A DNA stretch of 62,894 nt, the filler included, from an uncultured Methanosarcinales archaeon (lineage in GTDB: Archaea; Nanobdellota; Nanobdellia; Woesearchaeales; GW2011-AR9): NCBI GenBank assembly GCA_964434885.1. It is 7 parts of 7 records of this genome, joined end to end, with 100 filler letters (N's around TTAATTAATTAA, not from the genome) between each part and the next. Parts side by side here need not be neighbours in the genome. Positions count along the whole stretch, not along the records: positions 58,913 to 62,894 come from CAYSWQ010000059.1; 6 more parts are not named here. One strand, given 5' to 3'. The notes below the pieces were generated by a model. It searched no databases. It worked only from the letters and a program-made list of their open reading frames with translations, and had not been told where the DNA came from. Shown here one piece after another: positions 60,958 to 62,894 of this stretch. A program made the position numbers and the translations under genes. Numbering within the stretch: position 1 is the first letter of the stretch; every line of letters begins with the position of its first letter.

Positions 60958-62756
60958 CTGAAATTTATTTAAATAACAAATTTACTGGAACTGTGTCTGA
61001 AGGTCAGGCATTTGTAGATGATTTTAAAGATCAAAGAAGAAAAGGAGTGTATTCAGATAATACAAATATTTATTATGATAAAAAAGTAGAAGAGATTTAT
61101 ATTAATAGTTCTGAAGGAAGAGCACAAAGACCTTTGATTATTGTTAAAGAAGGAAAACCTTTATTGAATGAGAAACATATTTCTCAATTAGAAAGCGGAG
61201 ATCTTTGCTGGTCAGATTTAATTAGACAAGGAGTAATTGAAAAATTAGATGCTAGTGAAGAAGAAAATTGTTTAGTAGCACATACTGAAGAAGAATTGAC
61301 TGAAGAACACACCCATTTAGAGATAAGTTCAATGGTAATTTGTGGGTTAGCTACTTCAATGGTGCCTTTTGGAAATTTTAACCCATCATCTAGATTAATT
61401 ATTGGAAGTAAGAACCAGAAACAAGCAATTGGTTTTTATGCAGCTAATTTTACAGTAAGAATGGATATGGATAGTAGTATTTTACATTATCCACAATCTC
61501 CAATTGTAAGAACCAAAACATATGATATTTTTAATTATAATAACAATCCTGCAGGACAGAATTTAGTAGTAGCAGTAATGTGTTACGAAGGATTTAACAT
61601 GGAGGACGCAGTTATTTTGAATAAATCTTCTGTAGAAATGGGAATGGGAAGAAGTACTTACTTTAGACCGACTGAATCTGTCGAACTACGTTATGCGGGT
61701 GGTTTGACTGATGAAGTAGGAATTCCAGATAAAGAAATTAAAGGATATAGAAGTGAAAATGATTATAAATTTTTAGAAGAAGATGGAATTATCTATCCAG
61801 AAGCAAAAGTGAATGAAGGAAAGGTTATTGTTGGTAAAACAAGTCCTCCTAGATTTTTATCTAGTTTAGACGAATATAATTTGGCGGCAGCAACTAGAAG
61901 AGAAAGTTCAGTAGCTTTGAAACATGGAGAAAAAGGAATTGCAGATACTGTTTTATTAACTGAAGCCGAAGATGGAAGTAAATTAATCCAAGTAAGATTA
62001 AGAGACGAAAGAATCCCAGAAATTGGAGATAAATTTACCTCTCGACACGGACAGAAAGGAGTTGTTGGAATTTTAGCAGCACAAGAAGATTTACCTTTCT
62101 CTTGTAATGGAATCGTTCCAGATTTAATTTTTAGTCCACACGGAATTCCTTCGCGGATGACTGTATCTCATTTATTGGAGTTAGTGGGAGCTAAAGTTGG
62201 AGCTTTAGGGGGCCGAACAATTGATGGAACTGTTTTTGAAGGTGAAAAAGAAGCAGAGTTACGTAAAGAATTGTTAGAATTAGGTTTCCGTGATGATGGA
62301 ACAGAAATTTTTTATGATGGAAAAACTGGTCGAAGAATGAAAGGAAGAGTTTATGTTGGAAATATGTATTATTTGAGATTAAGACATATGGTAGCAAATA
62401 AAATGCACTCTCGAGCTAGAGGACCAGTACAATTATTAACTAGGCAGCCAACTGAAGGTAAAGCTAAAGAAGGAGGATTACGTTTGGGAGAGATGGAGAA
62501 AGATACTTTTGTTGCGCATGGAGCATCATTATTATTAAAAGAAAGATTTGATTCAGATAGTACAACAATTCCAATTTGTGAAAATTGTGGTTTGTTAGCT
62601 ACTGAGGACACATATAGAAATAGAAAACATTGTTTAATCTGTGGAGAAGACATTGAGATTAATTACATCGAAATGAGTTATGCTTTCAAATTGCTTTTGG
62701 ATGAATTCCGAAGTTTGGGAGTTTATTCAAACATCTCATTAAAAAATAAATATTAA
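60954..62756 (+). CDS. rpoB1: archaeal RNA polymerase subunit B' (Rpo2C)
   Basis: GFNMEDA, GDKFTSRHGQKG, RQPTEG..KEGGLRLGEME, C-terminal zinc finger. Confidence 0.96.
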   Translation: MTEIYLNNKFTGTVSEGQAFVDDFKDQRRKGVYSDNTNIYYDKKVEEIYINSSEGRAQRPLIIVKEGKPLLNEKHISQLESGDLCWSDLIRQGVIEKLDASEEENCLVAHTEEELTEEHTHLEISSMVICGLATSMVPFGNFNPSSRLIIGSKNQKQAIGFYAANFTVRMDMDSSILHYPQSPIVRTKTYDIFNYNNNPAGQNLVVAVMCYEGFNMEDAVILNKSSVEMGMGRSTYFRPTESVELRYAGGLTDEVGIPDKEIKGYRSENDYKFLEEDGIIYPEAKVNEGKVIVGKTSPPRFLSSLDEYNLAAATRRESSVALKHGEKGIADTVLLTEAEDGSKLIQVRLRDERIPEIGDKFTSRHGQKGVVGILAAQEDLPFSCNGIVPDLIFSPHGIPSRMTVSHLLELVGAKVGALGGRTIDGTVFEGEKEAELRKELLELGFRDDGTEIFYDGKTGRRMKGRVYVGNMYYLRLRHMVANKMHSRARGPVQLLTRQPTEGKAKEGGLRLGEMEKDTFVAHGASLLLKERFDSDSTTIPICENCGLLATEDTYRNRKHCLICGEDIEINYIEMSYAFKLLLDEFRSLGVYSNISLKNKY

Positions 62757-62766
62757 AACTTTGAAA

Positions 62767-62894
62767 ATGCCAGAACATATCCATAAAAAAATTAATAAAA
62801 TCACATTCGGATTTTTTTCTCCGAAAATGATTACTGATGCAGCAGCTGCGAAAGTAGTTACTCCTGAATTATATGATCGAGAAGGTAATCCAGT
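62767..62894 (+). CDS. rpoA1: archaeal RNA polymerase subunit A' (Rpo1N), start only
   Basis: I..ITFGFFSP.MI...A.AKVVTPELYD.EG.P following rpoB'. Confidence 0.88.
   Translation, partial: MPEHIHKKINKITFGFFSPKMITDAAAAKVVTPELYDREGNP

Overview
This is low-GC archaeal DNA. The split rpoB''/rpoB', Rpo5, TFS, the L7Ae-S28e-L24e-ndk operon, archaeal IleRS, TATA/BRE promoters and BHB tRNA introns show it is archaeal. Gene content suggests a DPANN lineage such as Woesearchaeota/Pacearchaeota, which is an inference. The window is not contiguous: it is seven contig pieces of about 9.4-10.5 kb (the last cut by the window edge) joined by artificial 100-nt N/TTAATTAATTAA linkers, so adjacency across linkers has no meaning. 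Housekeeping content includes gyrB, ppaC, SMC, nfi, EF-2 (interrupted, probably by misassembly), grpE-dnaK-dnaJ, an MtaB-like enzyme, Sua5, tmk, IleRS, RNAP subunits and three intron-containing tRNAs. The most notable items are: (1) a full-length bacterial sigma-70-type factor behind an archaeal TATA box; (2) an LMW-phosphatase-like gene and a tandem phospho-His-carrier/HD protein inserted between dnaK and dnaJ; (3) two unannotated repeated structured non-coding elements with covarying stems (3365-3460 / 49186-49276, and 1-57 / 20285-20337); (4) tRNA-His and tRNA-Asp each with two introns (37/38 and 59/60), with a free-standing LAGLIDADG gene next to tRNA-His; (5) a Fur-box-preceded oxidative-stress operon containing four unannotated small ORFs; (6) an ArmA/Rmt-like 16S methyltransferase; (7) a tandem prepilin-like polyprotein. 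No CRISPR array, rRNA or transposase was seen.
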